From positions 3,744,001-3,808,000 of the forward strand of contig CAVRAY010000001.1 in the NCBI GenBank assembly GCA_963719225.1: a stretch of 64,000 bases of DNA, read 5' to 3'. The notes under the pieces are model-generated. The model was not told where the DNA came from. It worked only from the letters and a program-made list of their open reading frames with translations, and ran no database searches. The DNA is from Thermoanaerobaculia bacterium. Lineage in GTDB: Bacteria > Acidobacteriota > Thermoanaerobaculia > UBA5066. Position 1 is the stretch's first letter. Each line of letters starts with the position of its first letter. Positions 54,171 to 64,000 of this stretch are shown piece by piece. The translations under genes and the position numbers were made by a program.

Positions 54171-55090
54171 CGGACCTTTCGGAGCTCGAGGCCGCCCGGC
54201 GGCTCGAGCGCGCCCGTCAGCGTTTCGGCCTCACCGGTGCTCCGGCGCCCGTGCCCCTCGCCGGCGATATCGGCGCACGCCGCTATTTCCGGCAGGCGAC
54301 CGGCCGCGCGTCGACTCTTCTCGTCCTCTACCCTCAGCCGGCGTCGACCGCGCAGGCGAACTGGGCTTCGATCGGCGCGGCGCTCGCTGCCGCCGGCGTG
54401 CGCGTTCCCGCGCTTCATGCGGACGCTCCCGATCTCGGCATCGCTCTGATCGAGGACCTGGGAGATCGGGACCTCGCGATCGACCTCGCGGAAGCGCCCC
54501 TCGAGGATCGCTCCCGTCTCCTCGACGAGGCCGAGGACCTGCTCCTTGCGGTCCGCTCGGTCTCACGGGAGGCCGCCACCCGCAATTCCGCCTTCGATGC
54601 CGAGTTTTTCGCCGCCGAGCTCGACCACACCCGGCACTGGGCGCTCGAGAGGGGAGGCCGCGAGCCGCTCGAGGCGTCGCGCGCCACCGGCTGGCGGCAG
54701 CTCGCGCTGGGCCTCGCCCGGGCGGCGGCCGATCCCGGCGCCACCGGAGATCCCGTTCCGACGCACCGCGACTACCATGCGAACAACCTCATGCGCGGGC
54801 CCGACGGGCTTCTCGCCGCGATCGACTTTCAGGACCTCCGCCTCGGTCCGCCGGACTACGACCCGGTCTCGCTGCGGTTCGAAAGGGCAGCCGAAGCCGT
54901 GGAGTGCGACGGTGCTTCGTATTCGGAGCCCGTCCTGCTTCAGCGCGCATGGAAAGTTCTCGGAACGTTCGAGAAGATGATGCTCATGGGCAGGCCGTTC
55001 TATCGCCCGCACCGCGAGGCGGCGCGGCGCGTCATCCGCCGGCACACGGCTCCCGACGGCCCCTTCGCTCCCCTCCTCGCGTATCTGTGA
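54167..55090 (+). CDS. APH-family phosphotransferase, AmgK-like (anomeric MurNAc/GlcNAc kinase)
   Basis: [32 protein letters not shown]...GP..YD.VSL, QR..KVLGTF. Confidence 0.75.
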   Translation: MTDLSELEAARRLERARQRFGLTGAPAPVPLAGDIGARRYFRQATGRASTLLVLYPQPASTAQANWASIGAALAAAGVRVPALHADAPDLGIALIEDLGDRDLAIDLAEAPLEDRSRLLDEAEDLLLAVRSVSREAATRNSAFDAEFFAAELDHTRHWALERGGREPLEASRATGWRQLALGLARAAADPGATGDPVPTHRDYHANNLMRGPDGLLAAIDFQDLRLGPPDYDPVSLRFERAAEAVECDGASYSEPVLLQRAWKVLGTFEKMMLMGRPFYRPHREAARRVIRRHTAPDGPFAPLLAYL

Positions 55091-55133
55091 GCTCCGGTGC
55101 GGGCGTATGATGCCCCTTAGGCAGGAGGACCCT

Positions 55134-55328
55134 GTGCCGAATCTTGGACTTCCCGAACTTCTCGTCATCCTCGTGATCGTCGTCCTCATCTTCGGGGCCG
55201 GCAAGATCCCGCAGCTCGGCAAGGGCCTCGGCGAAGGCATCAAGAACTTCAAGGACTCGATGCGCGAGGGCCAGTCCGGCGATTCGAAGAACGCCCCCAA
55301 GAACGACGGGACCGAAAAGCCCAAGTAA
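55134..55328 (+). CDS. tatA: Twin-arginine translocase TatA/TatE
   Basis: [37 protein letters not shown]; GGAGG SD before GTG. Confidence 0.93.
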   Translation: MPNLGLPELLVILVIVVLIFGAGKIPQLGKGLGEGIKNFKDSMREGQSGDSKNAPKNDGTEKPK

Positions 55329-55378
55329 GGTCGGCTCGCCGGCACGGATCCGGAACGGACGGACCGCGGGGCCCGCGC

Positions 55379-56230
55379 ATGAACACGCTCAAGATCGTCT
55401 TCCTCATGACGTTCATGACCGTCCTGCTCGTGGGCGTCGGCCAGCTCGTGGGCGGCCCGCGAGGCGCGGTTTTCGCTCTCGTCCTGGCAGGGGGCATGAA
55501 TCTCGTCTCATACTTCTTCTCGGACCGGATGGTCCTCGCCTCGACCGGCGCTCGCCTCGTCGACGAGTCCGAGGCCCCCGAGCTCCATGCCGTCGTGCGT
55601 TCGCTCGCGGCGAAAGCGGGCATCCCGATGCCGCGCGTGGCGATCATTCCCGACAAGGCGCCGAACGCCTTCGCGACGGGGCGCGATCCCGGTCACGCGG
55701 TCGTCGCGGCGACGGAAGGCCTTCTCGAGCTCGTGGACAGGGACGAGCTTAAGGGAGTCCTCGGTCACGAGCTCGGACATGTCCTGAACCGCGACATCCT
55801 CCTCGGCGCGATCGCGGCGACGCTCGCGGGCGCCCTCACGTATCTTTCCCAGATGGCCATGTGGGGCGGAATGCGGCGCGATGACCGGGAGGAAGGCGGC
55901 GCGAACCCTCTCGCGGGGCTCCTCGCGATCCTCCTCGCCCCGATCGCGGCGGCGATCGTCCAGGCGATGATCTCGCGCCAGGCCGAGTTCCGGGCCGACG
56001 AGACGGGCGCGCACCTGTGCGGCCGGCCGCTGGAGCTCGCTTCGGCGCTCCGGAAGCTCGAAGCTTCCGCCCACCGCACCGAGCTCGAGGCGTCTCCGGC
56101 GACCTCGCATCTGTTTATCGTGAACCCGTTCCCGGGAGGCCTCGCGCGGCTGTTCTCGACCCACCCGCCCACCGAGGAGCGCGTCGCGCGCCTCGAGGCC
56201 ATGGCACATGGGGAAATGAGGCCGGCCTAA
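55379..56230 (+). CDS. htpX: Zinc metalloprotease HtpX
   Basis: PNAFATGR, HELGH, SRQAEFRAD, FSTHPP. Confidence 0.93.
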   Translation: MNTLKIVFLMTFMTVLLVGVGQLVGGPRGAVFALVLAGGMNLVSYFFSDRMVLASTGARLVDESEAPELHAVVRSLAAKAGIPMPRVAIIPDKAPNAFATGRDPGHAVVAATEGLLELVDRDELKGVLGHELGHVLNRDILLGAIAATLAGALTYLSQMAMWGGMRRDDREEGGANPLAGLLAILLAPIAAAIVQAMISRQAEFRADETGAHLCGRPLELASALRKLEASAHRTELEASPATSHLFIVNPFPGGLARLFSTHPPTEERVARLEAMAHGEMRPA

Positions 56231-56460
56231 CTGTTGTCGCGGCCCCTGAGCGGCGGCTTGACCTTCAGGAGCGAGATCTTGGCCCGCAGCGTGTTGCGGT
56301 GAATGCCGAGAGATCGCGCCGCCCGGCCCATGTTCCCGGAGGCGCGCGTGACGGCCGCGGCCACGTATTTCTTCTCGAATTCCTTCTTCGCCGCCTCGAG
56401 AGGAATGCCCTTCGAAACCAGCTCGTCGATGATCCGCTGCAGCTGCCCGTCGATCGTCAC
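56227..56460 (-). CDS. Fis-family helix-turn-helix protein
   Basis: FEKKYV..A....GNMGRAARSLGIHRNTL; GGAGGAG SD 8 nt before GTG. Confidence 0.85.
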   Translation of the reverse strand: MTIDGQLQRIIDELVSKGIPLEAAKKEFEKKYVAAAVTRASGNMGRAARSLGIHRNTLRAKISLLKVKPPLRGRDNS

Positions 56461-56564
56461 AGACACGTCTCCTCCCACACACCGCACGAAAAGCTCGCCG
56501 ATTGGGGGAGAGAAAACTATCACGGGATCTTCATCCCGCAACAGTTTTTTGAGGAGCGTTTCTC

Positions 56565-57416
56565 TTACTTGAGCTCGACGGCGTCGCCGATGTAGATGGT
56601 GTCCGACATCAGAGTCACGATGGCGACCGAGGTCCGGGCTCTCGTCGTGAGGATCGACGCCTCGCCGAGGACCGTCCGCACTCCTGCCGCTCTCGTGGAC
56701 GGACGGTAGACGGTGAGGAAATCGCCGGGATTCAGACCGTCCGTTCCACCGAGGTCCAGGAAGACGACCGAGTCGGTTCCGACCGGAGTCACTCCGCCCC
56801 GGTTCTCGACGATGTGGCCGATCAGTTTTCCGTTCGGCACGTCACAGATCGTCGAGGGCTGCGTCCTGCGGACGAGAGGCACCGGAACGGGCTCGAAGGG
56901 GACGATGAAGTCGCCCAGCTGCGTATCGGCGCACCCAAAGGAGATCTCGGCGATCGAGGATCGCTCCTGGGCGCAGATCACGCGCACCCGGGCGGGTGTC
57001 AGGTAGAGTCGGCCGACGACGTCGACGTCCGAGCCCCAGCTGTTGACGAGGTGCTGGGGCCGTACGACCGTGAACTCCATTCCCGCCTGGACGCCGTCAC
57101 TCTGCCCGATGTCGATGTAGACGATGTCGCCCAGCATGAAGAAGGACTGGTTCTTCTCCTTCTCGGCGCTCACGATCGCCCCCGGAAATATCTCGCCCGG
57201 ATCTCCGAGATAGCCCGAGCAATACACGTCGGCCTCGACGCCGATCGGAATCGGACCCGAGAGGGTCTGCGGCACTCGAACGACCGTCTCGAGCCGCGAT
57301 CCGCTGGGCGCGGACGGCACCTGTACCAGCGGGGGACGCGGCTCGTCCGCCGCCTGGAGAGCGGGCAAAGCGGCGAGGAGGATGCCCGCCGAGAGAGCAG
57401 CCAGGGGATGACGCAT
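56565..57416 (-). CDS. Secreted hypothetical protein (FlgT-C/LysM-associated-like beta repeats)
   Basis: Signal peptide; duplicated D.VY/FLD.G..DG...G..FTV.R motif; GGAGG SD. Confidence 0.6.
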   Translation of the reverse strand: MRHPLAALSAGILLAALPALQAADEPRPPLVQVPSAPSGSRLETVVRVPQTLSGPIPIGVEADVYCSGYLGDPGEIFPGAIVSAEKEKNQSFFMLGDIVYIDIGQSDGVQAGMEFTVVRPQHLVNSWGSDVDVVGRLYLTPARVRVICAQERSSIAEISFGCADTQLGDFIVPFEPVPVPLVRRTQPSTICDVPNGKLIGHIVENRGGVTPVGTDSVVFLDLGGTDGLNPGDFLTVYRPSTRAAGVRTVLGEASILTTRARTSVAIVTLMSDTIYIGDAVELK

Positions 57417-57488
57417 GACGACCTCCTGCTCGAAAACGGTGCCCAAGGGACGGCAGAGCCGAGCGAGAACGTGACGAAGAAGCGCCCT

Positions 57489-57518
57489 AAGTTACCGCAT
57501 CGAAAGCGGTTGCGTCAA
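57489..57518 (-). promoter_or_regulatory. Putative sigma70 promoter for the 56565-57416 gene
   Basis: Minus strand TTGACG-18 bp-TAACTT; the spacer carries the short inverted repeat ACCGC-N7-GCGGT. Confidence 0.5.
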
Positions 57519-57541
57519 ATCAGGCCCTTTTCGCGCCTGTC

Positions 57542-58357
57542 TCAGCCGCCCGCGGCCCGAACCGGCGAGGCCGCCACGGCCGGAGGCGCGGGCACCTTCT
57601 TCACGAGAGGACTTGCGGGATAGTCGCGCGCGAGGCGCTCCCACAGCGTTCGCGCTTCGTCCTTGTTGCCCATTCTCTTCTCGAGAAGGCCGGCCTCGTA
57701 GAGGACCTTGTCGAGGCCGGCGTACTCCGGATACGCGGCCAGGATCATGTCCATCCGGCCCTTCGCCGCCTTCCACGCCCTGCGCCTCAGGTAGAAGTGC
57801 CCCACGAGGTATTCGTGCTCGGCGAGGAGTCCCCGCATGACGCCGAGGCGCGCGCGCGACTCCGTGGCATAAGGGGAATCCGGGTAATTGATGGCGAGCT
57901 CGCGATAGGCGGTCGCGGCAAGGCGCGTATTCCCCTGCTCGCGATCCGGGCGCTCCGCCTGGCGGTCCGAGCACTGCGCGAGCCGGAACAGCGCGTAGTC
58001 GGACTTCGGGTGCGAGGGATAGCGGTTCCGGAAGTCCTTGTACCTCACGCCCGCCTCGAGATATCCGAGCTGTGTCTTTTCGTCGAAGAAGGAGTCGGCG
58101 AGACGGAGAGCAGCCTGCCGGCCAATCGGGTCGTTCGCGTAGTTCTCGGCCACGAAGCGGAGGTACTGGCGGCCCGTCTCGTACTTCTTTTTTTTCACGA
58201 GGCCTTCCCCGCGCGCGTACGCCTCCTCCTTCGGCATCGTCAGGAGCTCGCGTGTCAGCTTCGCGGTGTCGTTCGACGCGCCGCAGCCCGACAGGGCCGC
58301 GAGCACCGCGCCGAGCGTCGCGGCGGCGAGGAGACGGGGAGGCGTTCGTCGTGACAT
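57542..58357 (-). CDS. bamD: Outer membrane protein assembly factor BamD
   Basis: Lipobox LSGC, TPR helices, YPSHP.SDYA, DREQ..T..A, NYPDSPY, LAEHE..VG.FY. Confidence 0.88.
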   Translation of the reverse strand: MSRRTPPRLLAAATLGAVLAALSGCGASNDTAKLTRELLTMPKEEAYARGEGLVKKKKYETGRQYLRFVAENYANDPIGRQAALRLADSFFDEKTQLGYLEAGVRYKDFRNRYPSHPKSDYALFRLAQCSDRQAERPDREQGNTRLAATAYRELAINYPDSPYATESRARLGVMRGLLAEHEYLVGHFYLRRRAWKAAKGRMDMILAAYPEYAGLDKVLYEAGLLEKRMGNKDEARTLWERLARDYPASPLVKKVPAPPAVAASPVRAAGG

Positions 58358-58391
58358 GGACACCGGAGAATGCACGGACTTCCCCGGTCTT

Positions 58392-59069
58392 TCAAGCACG
58401 CAACGTGCCGGCCGATCCGGCGGCCTCCCGGAGCCGTTTGATCGACCCCGCCACGTCGCCGGTCGAAAAAACGGAGGAGCCCGCGACGAAATGGCTCGCT
58501 CCGGCACGGACGAGATCGCCGATGTTCCCGGGACCGACTCCCCCGTCCACGGCGATCGACGCACGCGAACCGGAGCTCCGGATCGTCTCCGAAAGCCGCG
58601 CGACCCGCTCGAGCGAGCCCTCGATGAAGGCCTGGCCTCCCCAGCCAGGATTGACCGTCATCACGAGGACGAAGTCGACGAAGAGAAGCGCCTCGTCGAG
58701 CGCAGCGAGCGCGGTGCCCGGGTTGATCGCGACGCCCGGGCTGGCGCCGCGCCCGCGCACCTGCTGGGCGAACCTGTGGAGGTGCGGCTCGGCCTCGACG
58801 TGTATCGCCACGCGGGCTGCGCCCGCGTCGAGGTACTGATCGAGCGTCGACAGCGGTTCCTCGATCATGAGATGGACGTCGAAGGGCACGCGCGTCACCT
58901 TGCGGAGGGCGTTGAGGACGATCGGCCCGACCGTGAGATTCGGAACGAAGTGCCCGTCCATGACGTCGAAGTGAATCCAGTCCGCGCCGCCGTCCTCGCA
59001 CGCGCGTGCGGCCTCGCCGAGCCGCGAAAAATCCGCGGAAAGCAGCGAGGGCGCGAGGGCGACGCTCAC
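58392..59069 (-). CDS. rpe: Ribulose-phosphate 3-epimerase
   Basis: APSLLSADF, HFDVMDGHFVPN, DVHLMI, MTVNPGWGGQ, VDGG. Confidence 0.95.
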   Translation of the reverse strand: MSVALAPSLLSADFSRLGEAARACEDGGADWIHFDVMDGHFVPNLTVGPIVLNALRKVTRVPFDVHLMIEEPLSTLDQYLDAGAARVAIHVEAEPHLHRFAQQVRGRGASPGVAINPGTALAALDEALLFVDFVLVMTVNPGWGGQAFIEGSLERVARLSETIRSSGSRASIAVDGGVGPGNIGDLVRAGASHFVAGSSVFSTGDVAGSIKRLREAAGSAGTLRA

Positions 59070-59791
59070 GAGCCTCCCTCGGGAGAGGCGATCACGAAGG
59101 AGAGGGAGTCGCGCCGCGTGACCGGCGAGCCCGCCAGCGGAAACTGCCTGAGGATCGTCCCCGTGATCGCCCCCTCGTAGGACTGGCTCTTGACGCCGCC
59201 GATGCGGAACCCCCGCTCTTCGAAGGCGATCCGCACGCGCTCGAAGTCGCGGCCGATGAGATCGGGCATGACCCAGGCGACGTCCGGCACGCCGCGATTC
59301 ACGAGGAGATCCACGGGCGAGTCGGGCGGCGTGATCGATCCCGGTGCGATTCCCTGGGCGACGACCCCGGGAGGTCCCGGAATCCGGAGGGACGCGACCG
59401 CGGCCTCCTTGAGTCCCGCCTTGGCGATGGTGAGCGCGGCGGCGCGCGCGGAAAGGCCCGTCAGGTCGGGCATCCGGACGGCGCGGGGACCGAGCGAAAG
59501 AGCGAGGCGGATCGTCTGGCCGCCCTTGACCGCGGTGTTCGCGGCCGGCAGCTGGCTGCGCACGCGATGCGCGGCGACGGCGTCGTCGAAGCCTTCCTGC
59601 GCGGGATCCACCTTCACCTCCAGGCCGCGTTCGGCCGCGAGGGTCGCCGCTTCCTCGGCGGTCAGGTTCGTGAAATTCGGGACCTTGAGCGACTTTCCCG
59701 CCACGAACCGCGTGAAGGAAACCCAGGTCGCCGTGGCGAGCACACCGGCCAGCAACATTGCGTAGATCACTCTTCCGAACACGCCTCCCAT
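59066..59791 (-). CDS. PASTA-domain membrane protein
   Basis: N-terminal TM and three PASTA repeats (VPNFT, MPDLTG, MPDLIG ... Q.P.AG). Confidence 0.88.
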   Translation of the reverse strand: MGGVFGRVIYAMLLAGVLATATWVSFTRFVAGKSLKVPNFTNLTAEEAATLAAERGLEVKVDPAQEGFDDAVAAHRVRSQLPAANTAVKGGQTIRLALSLGPRAVRMPDLTGLSARAAALTIAKAGLKEAAVASLRIPGPPGVVAQGIAPGSITPPDSPVDLLVNRGVPDVAWVMPDLIGRDFERVRIAFEERGFRIGGVKSQSYEGAITGTILRQFPLAGSPVTRRDSLSFVIASPEGGS

Positions 59792-59862
59792 GGCGAATCG
59801 ACTTTAGCAGGCCGGCCGACACCCTTGACTCGTTCCCCCCGGACCGGGAGACTGCCCCTCCC

Positions 59863-60849
59863 ATGGCGGACATCCCCTCCTCCGCCCCCGGCTCCGCCGC
59901 GGGCGAGCTCCCGCCGGCCTTGCCCCTCGCGCGGGCCGACCTCCACCTTCACACGAACGCTTCCGTCTTCAAGTATTTCCGGGCGGCGAACACGCGCGAC
60001 TCGTACAACGACCCCGACGAGACCTACCGCCTCTCGAAGAGTCGCGGGATGGACTTCGTGACGTTCACGGACCACGACACCGTGGACGGCTGCCTCAAGT
60101 TCCAGGACCGTCATCCGGACTACGCGGATTTCTTCGTCTCGGCGGAGATCGAGACGTTCTTCCCCCGGACGGGCCACCGCATTCACGTGAACGTCTTCGA
60201 TCTCTCGCTCAGCCAGTGGAAGGTCGTCGATCGAAAGCGGCGAAACATCTTCGACCTCGTGGAGTACCTGAGGAGCGAGGGACTGCTCTACTCCGCGAAC
60301 CATCTCTTCCAGTCGTACCGCATGCGGCAGGCCCCCGAGGACTTCTTCACCACCATGCTCGAGCTCTTCGACGTCTTCGAGGTGAAGAACGGCTCGATGG
60401 CCTACCAGCACAACGCGCTCGTCGAGGATCTCCTCACCGCGGCGAAGGAGAAGCGGGGCTCGCTCGCGCTCGTCGGCGGATCCGACGCTCACACGTACCC
60501 GCCCGTCGCCTCCGTCTTCACGATGGCGCCGGGGGCGACGTGGCGGGAGTTCCTTTCCTCGGTCCGCGCCGGCGAGTGCCTTTCCTGGGGAGTCGAGATG
60601 GGCTTCACGAAAGTCCTCGGCGACGTCTACGAGCTCCTCGGCAAGTACTACCGTACGGTCGTCGACTTCAAGAACCCCGCTTACACGCCGACCGAGAAGG
60701 CGCGCCACTTCCTCCTCGCCCTCGCCTCGGTGCCGTTCAACGTGGCGGGCGCCCCGATCGCCGTCTACTCGCTCAACTACGCCAAGCAGATCGCGCTCTC
60801 GAGGAGGCTCAAGGCGCGCTTCGAAAGGAAGGGGCGGCCGGGGAGCTGA
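59863..60849 (+). CDS. PHP-domain metallophosphoesterase-like protein
   Basis: ADLHLHT, VTFTDHDT, NH, FEVKNG, GGSDAH. Confidence 0.85.
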   Translation: MADIPSSAPGSAAGELPPALPLARADLHLHTNASVFKYFRAANTRDSYNDPDETYRLSKSRGMDFVTFTDHDTVDGCLKFQDRHPDYADFFVSAEIETFFPRTGHRIHVNVFDLSLSQWKVVDRKRRNIFDLVEYLRSEGLLYSANHLFQSYRMRQAPEDFFTTMLELFDVFEVKNGSMAYQHNALVEDLLTAAKEKRGSLALVGGSDAHTYPPVASVFTMAPGATWREFLSSVRAGECLSWGVEMGFTKVLGDVYELLGKYYRTVVDFKNPAYTPTEKARHFLLALASVPFNVAGAPIAVYSLNYAKQIALSRRLKARFERKGRPGS

Positions 60850-60861
60850 GAGAGGAAGTCC

Positions 60862-61446
60862 CTAGAGAAAAAGGTCTTCGGGGCGCAGCGCGAGAGCCTC
60901 GAACGGCGGTGCCATGAAGCCCTCGCCTGCCTTCGAGCGCGGACCGGTCGTCATGCGCCCTTTGATGTTGAGAAATGCCTCGACGGTCCGGCGCTCCGGA
61001 TCGACGAGCCAGAGCCAGCCCACCCCCATCAGGCCGTAGGCGTCCTTTTTCGGGCCACGGTCGAAGCTCTCGGTCGAGGGCGAGAGAATCTCGGCGACCC
61101 AGTCCGGTACGAGCGTGACGGGATTCTCGTTCGCGTCCGGCCATCCGCTCGCGCTCTTCCTCCAGCCGGCAAGATCGGGGATGACGCGTGAGAACGCGAT
61201 CTCGGAGCGCACCTCGGGCTCGACGGCGAAGAGCCAGTCGGGTGCTGAAATCCCTTCTGTCCGCGTACCGAACGTCTGATCGAGCAGCTTCGCGAGCTTC
61301 ACCTGCGCCGCGCCGTGCGCCAGCTTCGGCCGCGGGGATATGAGGTAGATCCCGTGCGCGATCTCGGCCTGAGCCCCTTCGGGCTGCGCCTCGACGATCG
61401 CCTCGAGCGCATGGAAATCGGCGATCAGGTCCGGGGTGGCCGACAT
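60862..61446 (-). CDS. Uma2-family endonuclease-like protein
   Basis: EIAHG..SPRP..H, PDLAGW, PDWVAEILSPST..DR..K, GV..LWLVDP. Confidence 0.9.
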   Translation of the reverse strand: MSATPDLIADFHALEAIVEAQPEGAQAEIAHGIYLISPRPKLAHGAAQVKLAKLLDQTFGTRTEGISAPDWLFAVEPEVRSEIAFSRVIPDLAGWRKSASGWPDANENPVTLVPDWVAEILSPSTESFDRGPKKDAYGLMGVGWLWLVDPERRTVEAFLNIKGRMTTGPRSKAGEGFMAPPFEALALRPEDLFL

Positions 61447-61499
61447 CTTGAAAGTCTACGCCAGGCTCCTGAACGGTCGGCCTGGAACGTGCCGCGAGG

Positions 61500-62753
61500 C
61501 TATGCCCCGTCCTTCTTCGCGTACTTCGTCTCGACGTAGTCGTCGACGAGCTTCCGAAACGCCTCCGACAGCTCTTCGTGCGTGCCCTTGAGCGTCGTGA
61601 ACTTCTGGCCGTCGATGTAGACGGGGCAGCTCGGCGCCTCACCCGTGCCAGGGAGCGAAATGCCGATGTTCGCGGCCTTCGACTCGCCCGGGCCGTTCAC
61701 GATGCAGCCCATGACCGCGAGCGTCATCGTCTCGACGCCTTCGTAACGGGTTTTCCAGGCGGGCATCTGCTCGCGAACGTAACTCTGGATCCTCTCAGCC
61801 AGCTCCTGAAATCCCGTGGACGTCGTGCGGCCGCAGCCGGGACAGGCCGTGACGGACGGCGCGAAGCTGCGAAGGCCGAGCGACTGGAGGAGCTCGCACG
61901 CGGCGTAGACCTCCTCTCGCCGGTCGCCGCCCGGGCGCGGCGTGAGCGAGACGCGGATCGTGTCGCCGATTCCCTCGTTCAGGAGGACGCCCATCGCAGC
62001 CGACGACCACACGAGGCCTTTCGTCCCCATACCCGCTTCCGTGAGGCCGAGGTGCAGCGGCTGGTCGGTCCTCGCCGCGAGGTCGCGGTAGACGGCGATG
62101 AGGTCGTTCGGCCGCGAGACCTTGCACGAGATGATGATCTGGTCCTTCTTCATGCCCGTCTCGAGCGCGAGCTCGGTGGACTCGAGAGCCGAGAGGACCA
62201 TGCATTCGTTGACGATCTCCTCGGACGAGCGGCCGAGATCCCGGTCCGTGTTCTCCTGCATCTTCCGCATGACGAGCTCCTGGTTCAGGGAGCCCCCGTT
62301 CACGCCGATGCGCACGGGCCGCCCGAGGTCGCGCGCCACGGAGCAGATCGTCGCGAACTGCTCGTCGCGCCTTTTCCCCGTGCCCACGTTCCCCGGGTTT
62401 ATCCGGTACTTGTCGAGCGCTTTCGCCATCTCCGGGTATTTCACGAGGAGGGTGTGTCCGTTGTAATGGAAGTCCCCGATGAGGGGCACGTCGCAGCCCG
62501 CATCGAGGAGCCGCTTCCTGATCTCGGGCACGGCCCGCGCGGCTTCGTCGACGTTGACCGTGACGCGCACGAGCTCGGAGCCCGCGTCCGCGAGCTCCAG
62601 CGCCTGCTGGACGGTCGCGTCGACGTCGGCCGTGTCCGTGTTCGACATGGACTGGACGACGATGGGCGCGCCACCCCCGACCAGCACCTTCCCCACCCGC
62701 ACGCCGACGGTCGCATGGCGGGAGCGGATCGGGCGGATCGCTCCAGAGGCCAT
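61500..62753 (-). CDS. ispG: (E)-4-hydroxy-3-methylbut-2-enyl-diphosphate synthase
   Basis: [61 protein letters not shown]. Confidence 0.96.
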   Translation of the reverse strand: MASGAIRPIRSRHATVGVRVGKVLVGGGAPIVVQSMSNTDTADVDATVQQALELADAGSELVRVTVNVDEAARAVPEIRKRLLDAGCDVPLIGDFHYNGHTLLVKYPEMAKALDKYRINPGNVGTGKRRDEQFATICSVARDLGRPVRIGVNGGSLNQELVMRKMQENTDRDLGRSSEEIVNECMVLSALESTELALETGMKKDQIIISCKVSRPNDLIAVYRDLAARTDQPLHLGLTEAGMGTKGLVWSSAAMGVLLNEGIGDTIRVSLTPRPGGDRREEVYAACELLQSLGLRSFAPSVTACPGCGRTTSTGFQELAERIQSYVREQMPAWKTRYEGVETMTLAVMGCIVNGPGESKAANIGISLPGTGEAPSCPVYIDGQKFTTLKGTHEELSEAFRKLVDDYVETKYAKKDGA

Positions 62754-64000
62754 CAGAAGCTGACGTTCTTCAGGACGTCGAAGTAGAGGACGGTCACCAT
62801 GACGAGGACGAGGAAGACGAAGCCGGCCTGCAGGAGCCGCTCCTTCACCTTGAGCGAGAAGTCCCGCCGCGCGACGGCCTCCAGGAGCGTGACGAAGATC
62901 TGGCCGCCGTCGAGGAGCGGGATCGGCAGGAGATTCAGGATCCCGAGCTGGAGCGACAGGATGCCCATGAGGAGGACGAGCGCGGACGGGCCCGCGCGCG
63001 CCGCCTCGCCGGAGAATTTCGCGATGTCGATCGGACCCGAGAATTGACGCATGGAGCCGGTGCCGCGGAAGAGCCGGCCGACGATCTGACCCGTGACCTG
63101 GACCTGCCGGACGTTCTCGCGCCAGGAGGCCGCGAACGCCTCGCCGAGCGAAAACCGGCGGAGAACCGTCTCCTCCTTCGGCGTAAAGCCGATGCGCCAG
63201 TTCTCGCCTTCCTTCACGGGCACCACGTTCAGCGTCTTCGTCACGCCGTTCCGCGACACGACCATCTCGATGGGCTTCGGGCCGTCCTTGTCGAACGCGG
63301 ACGCCGCCTCCCGGATGAAGCGCACGACCTCGAAATAGAGGACGACAGGCTTGCCGCCGACGGAGACGATGCGGTCGCCGACCTGGAGGCCCGCTTTCGC
63401 GCCGGGGTACCCGGGCACGACCCGGGCGACGATGGCCGGAATGTCGGGATTCAGACCGGTGTAGCCGATGTCGTATTTCGAGCGCGGCTCGGGCGTGAGA
63501 AGAAGGGTGACCGGCCTGCCGTTACGCTCGACGACGACCGTGAGCTCTTCGCGCGGGGCGAGGCCGGTCTCGAGCTCGACCTCTTCCCACGAGTTCACCG
63601 GCTTGCCCGAGATCGTCGCGATGCGGTCGCCCTCCCGGATGCCCGCCTTCTCGGCCGGGCTCCCGTGGTCGACGACCTTCACGACGGGGGATTCGCTCTT
63701 GTATTTCGCGACCTCGACGCCGATGAGGAACGCGAGAGCCGTCAGGAGGAACGCGAGGACGAGGTTCACGCCGGGGCCGGCGAAGAGGATGAGGAGGCGC
63801 TGGAGGCGCGTGCCCGGCTGCGTCACGGCCGCTTCGGCCGTGCCCTGCACGACGTCGCTCTCGTCCGGGCCGAGCCCGACGACCTTCACGTAGCCGCCGA
63901 GCGGGATGAGCGAGACCCGGTAATCGGTCTCCTTCTTCTTCCAGCCGAAGAGCCTCTTTCCGAATCCGAGGGAGAAGATCTCGACCGGAAACTTGAAGAG
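62753..64000 (-). CDS. rseP: RIP metalloprotease RseP (5' end outside window)
   Basis: [19 protein letters not shown], two PDZ domains, [15 protein letters not shown]. Confidence 0.93.
   Translation of the reverse strand, partial: LFKFPVEIFSLGFGKRLFGWKKKETDYRVSLIPLGGYVKVVGLGPDESDVVQGTAEAAVTQPGTRLQRLLILFAGPGVNLVLAFLLTALAFLIGVEVAKYKSESPVVKVVDHGSPAEKAGIREGDRIATISGKPVNSWEEVELETGLAPREELTVVVERNGRPVTLLLTPEPRSKYDIGYTGLNPDIPAIVARVVPGYPGAKAGLQVGDRIVSVGGKPVVLYFEVVRFIREAASAFDKDGPKPIEMVVSRNGVTKTLNVVPVKEGENWRIGFTPKEETVLRRFSLGEAFAASWRENVRQVQVTGQIVGRLFRGTGSMRQFSGPIDIAKFSGEAARAGPSALVLLMGILSLQLGILNLLPIPLLDGGQIFVTLLEAVARRDFSLKVKERLLQAGFVFLVLVMVTVLYFDVLKNVSF

Overview
High-GC bacterial chromosome segment. Gene content (Oar-like TonB receptor, Tes-like radical SAM, PCRxxDTR...DVxGYF C-terminal domain, PASTA-rpe-bamD and rseP-ispG blocks) suggests an Acidobacteriota genome; this is inference. 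I annotate about 55 CDS. The first ~19 kb hold a putative peptidoglycan/amino-sugar salvage locus: murK-like kinase, murQ, nagA, a NagX/HGSNAT-like membrane protein, a serine hydrolase and amidase split at a G7 tract, a Tat-signal dipeptide epimerase and an SH3-NlpC/P60-beta-lactamase-fold fusion. Two VapBC-type toxin-antitoxin pairs lie in this stretch. Further on are a xanthine dehydrogenase-family trio, ettA, dps, rlmN, msrA, an intact IS5-family element with a CTAG target duplication, a TIGR03960 radical SAM, a PTPS-III-type pterin enzyme, a tetraether-synthase (Tes/MJ0619)-like radical SAM and housekeeping genes. The most striking unexplained signal is a dispersed AT-rich oriented motif: polypurine run followed by GAAGATTT(T)CTTnGAAGGTGAAGAG, core TTCTTnGAA. 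It has at least 13 exact-core copies, often in head-to-head pairs 85-280 bp long and mostly inside coding sequences, where it produces low-complexity peptide stretches. Many genes appear leaderless (TAnnnT 6-7 nt before the start codon). I recognised no rRNA, tRNA or CRISPR array. All calls come from reading motifs by eye; no database search was run.
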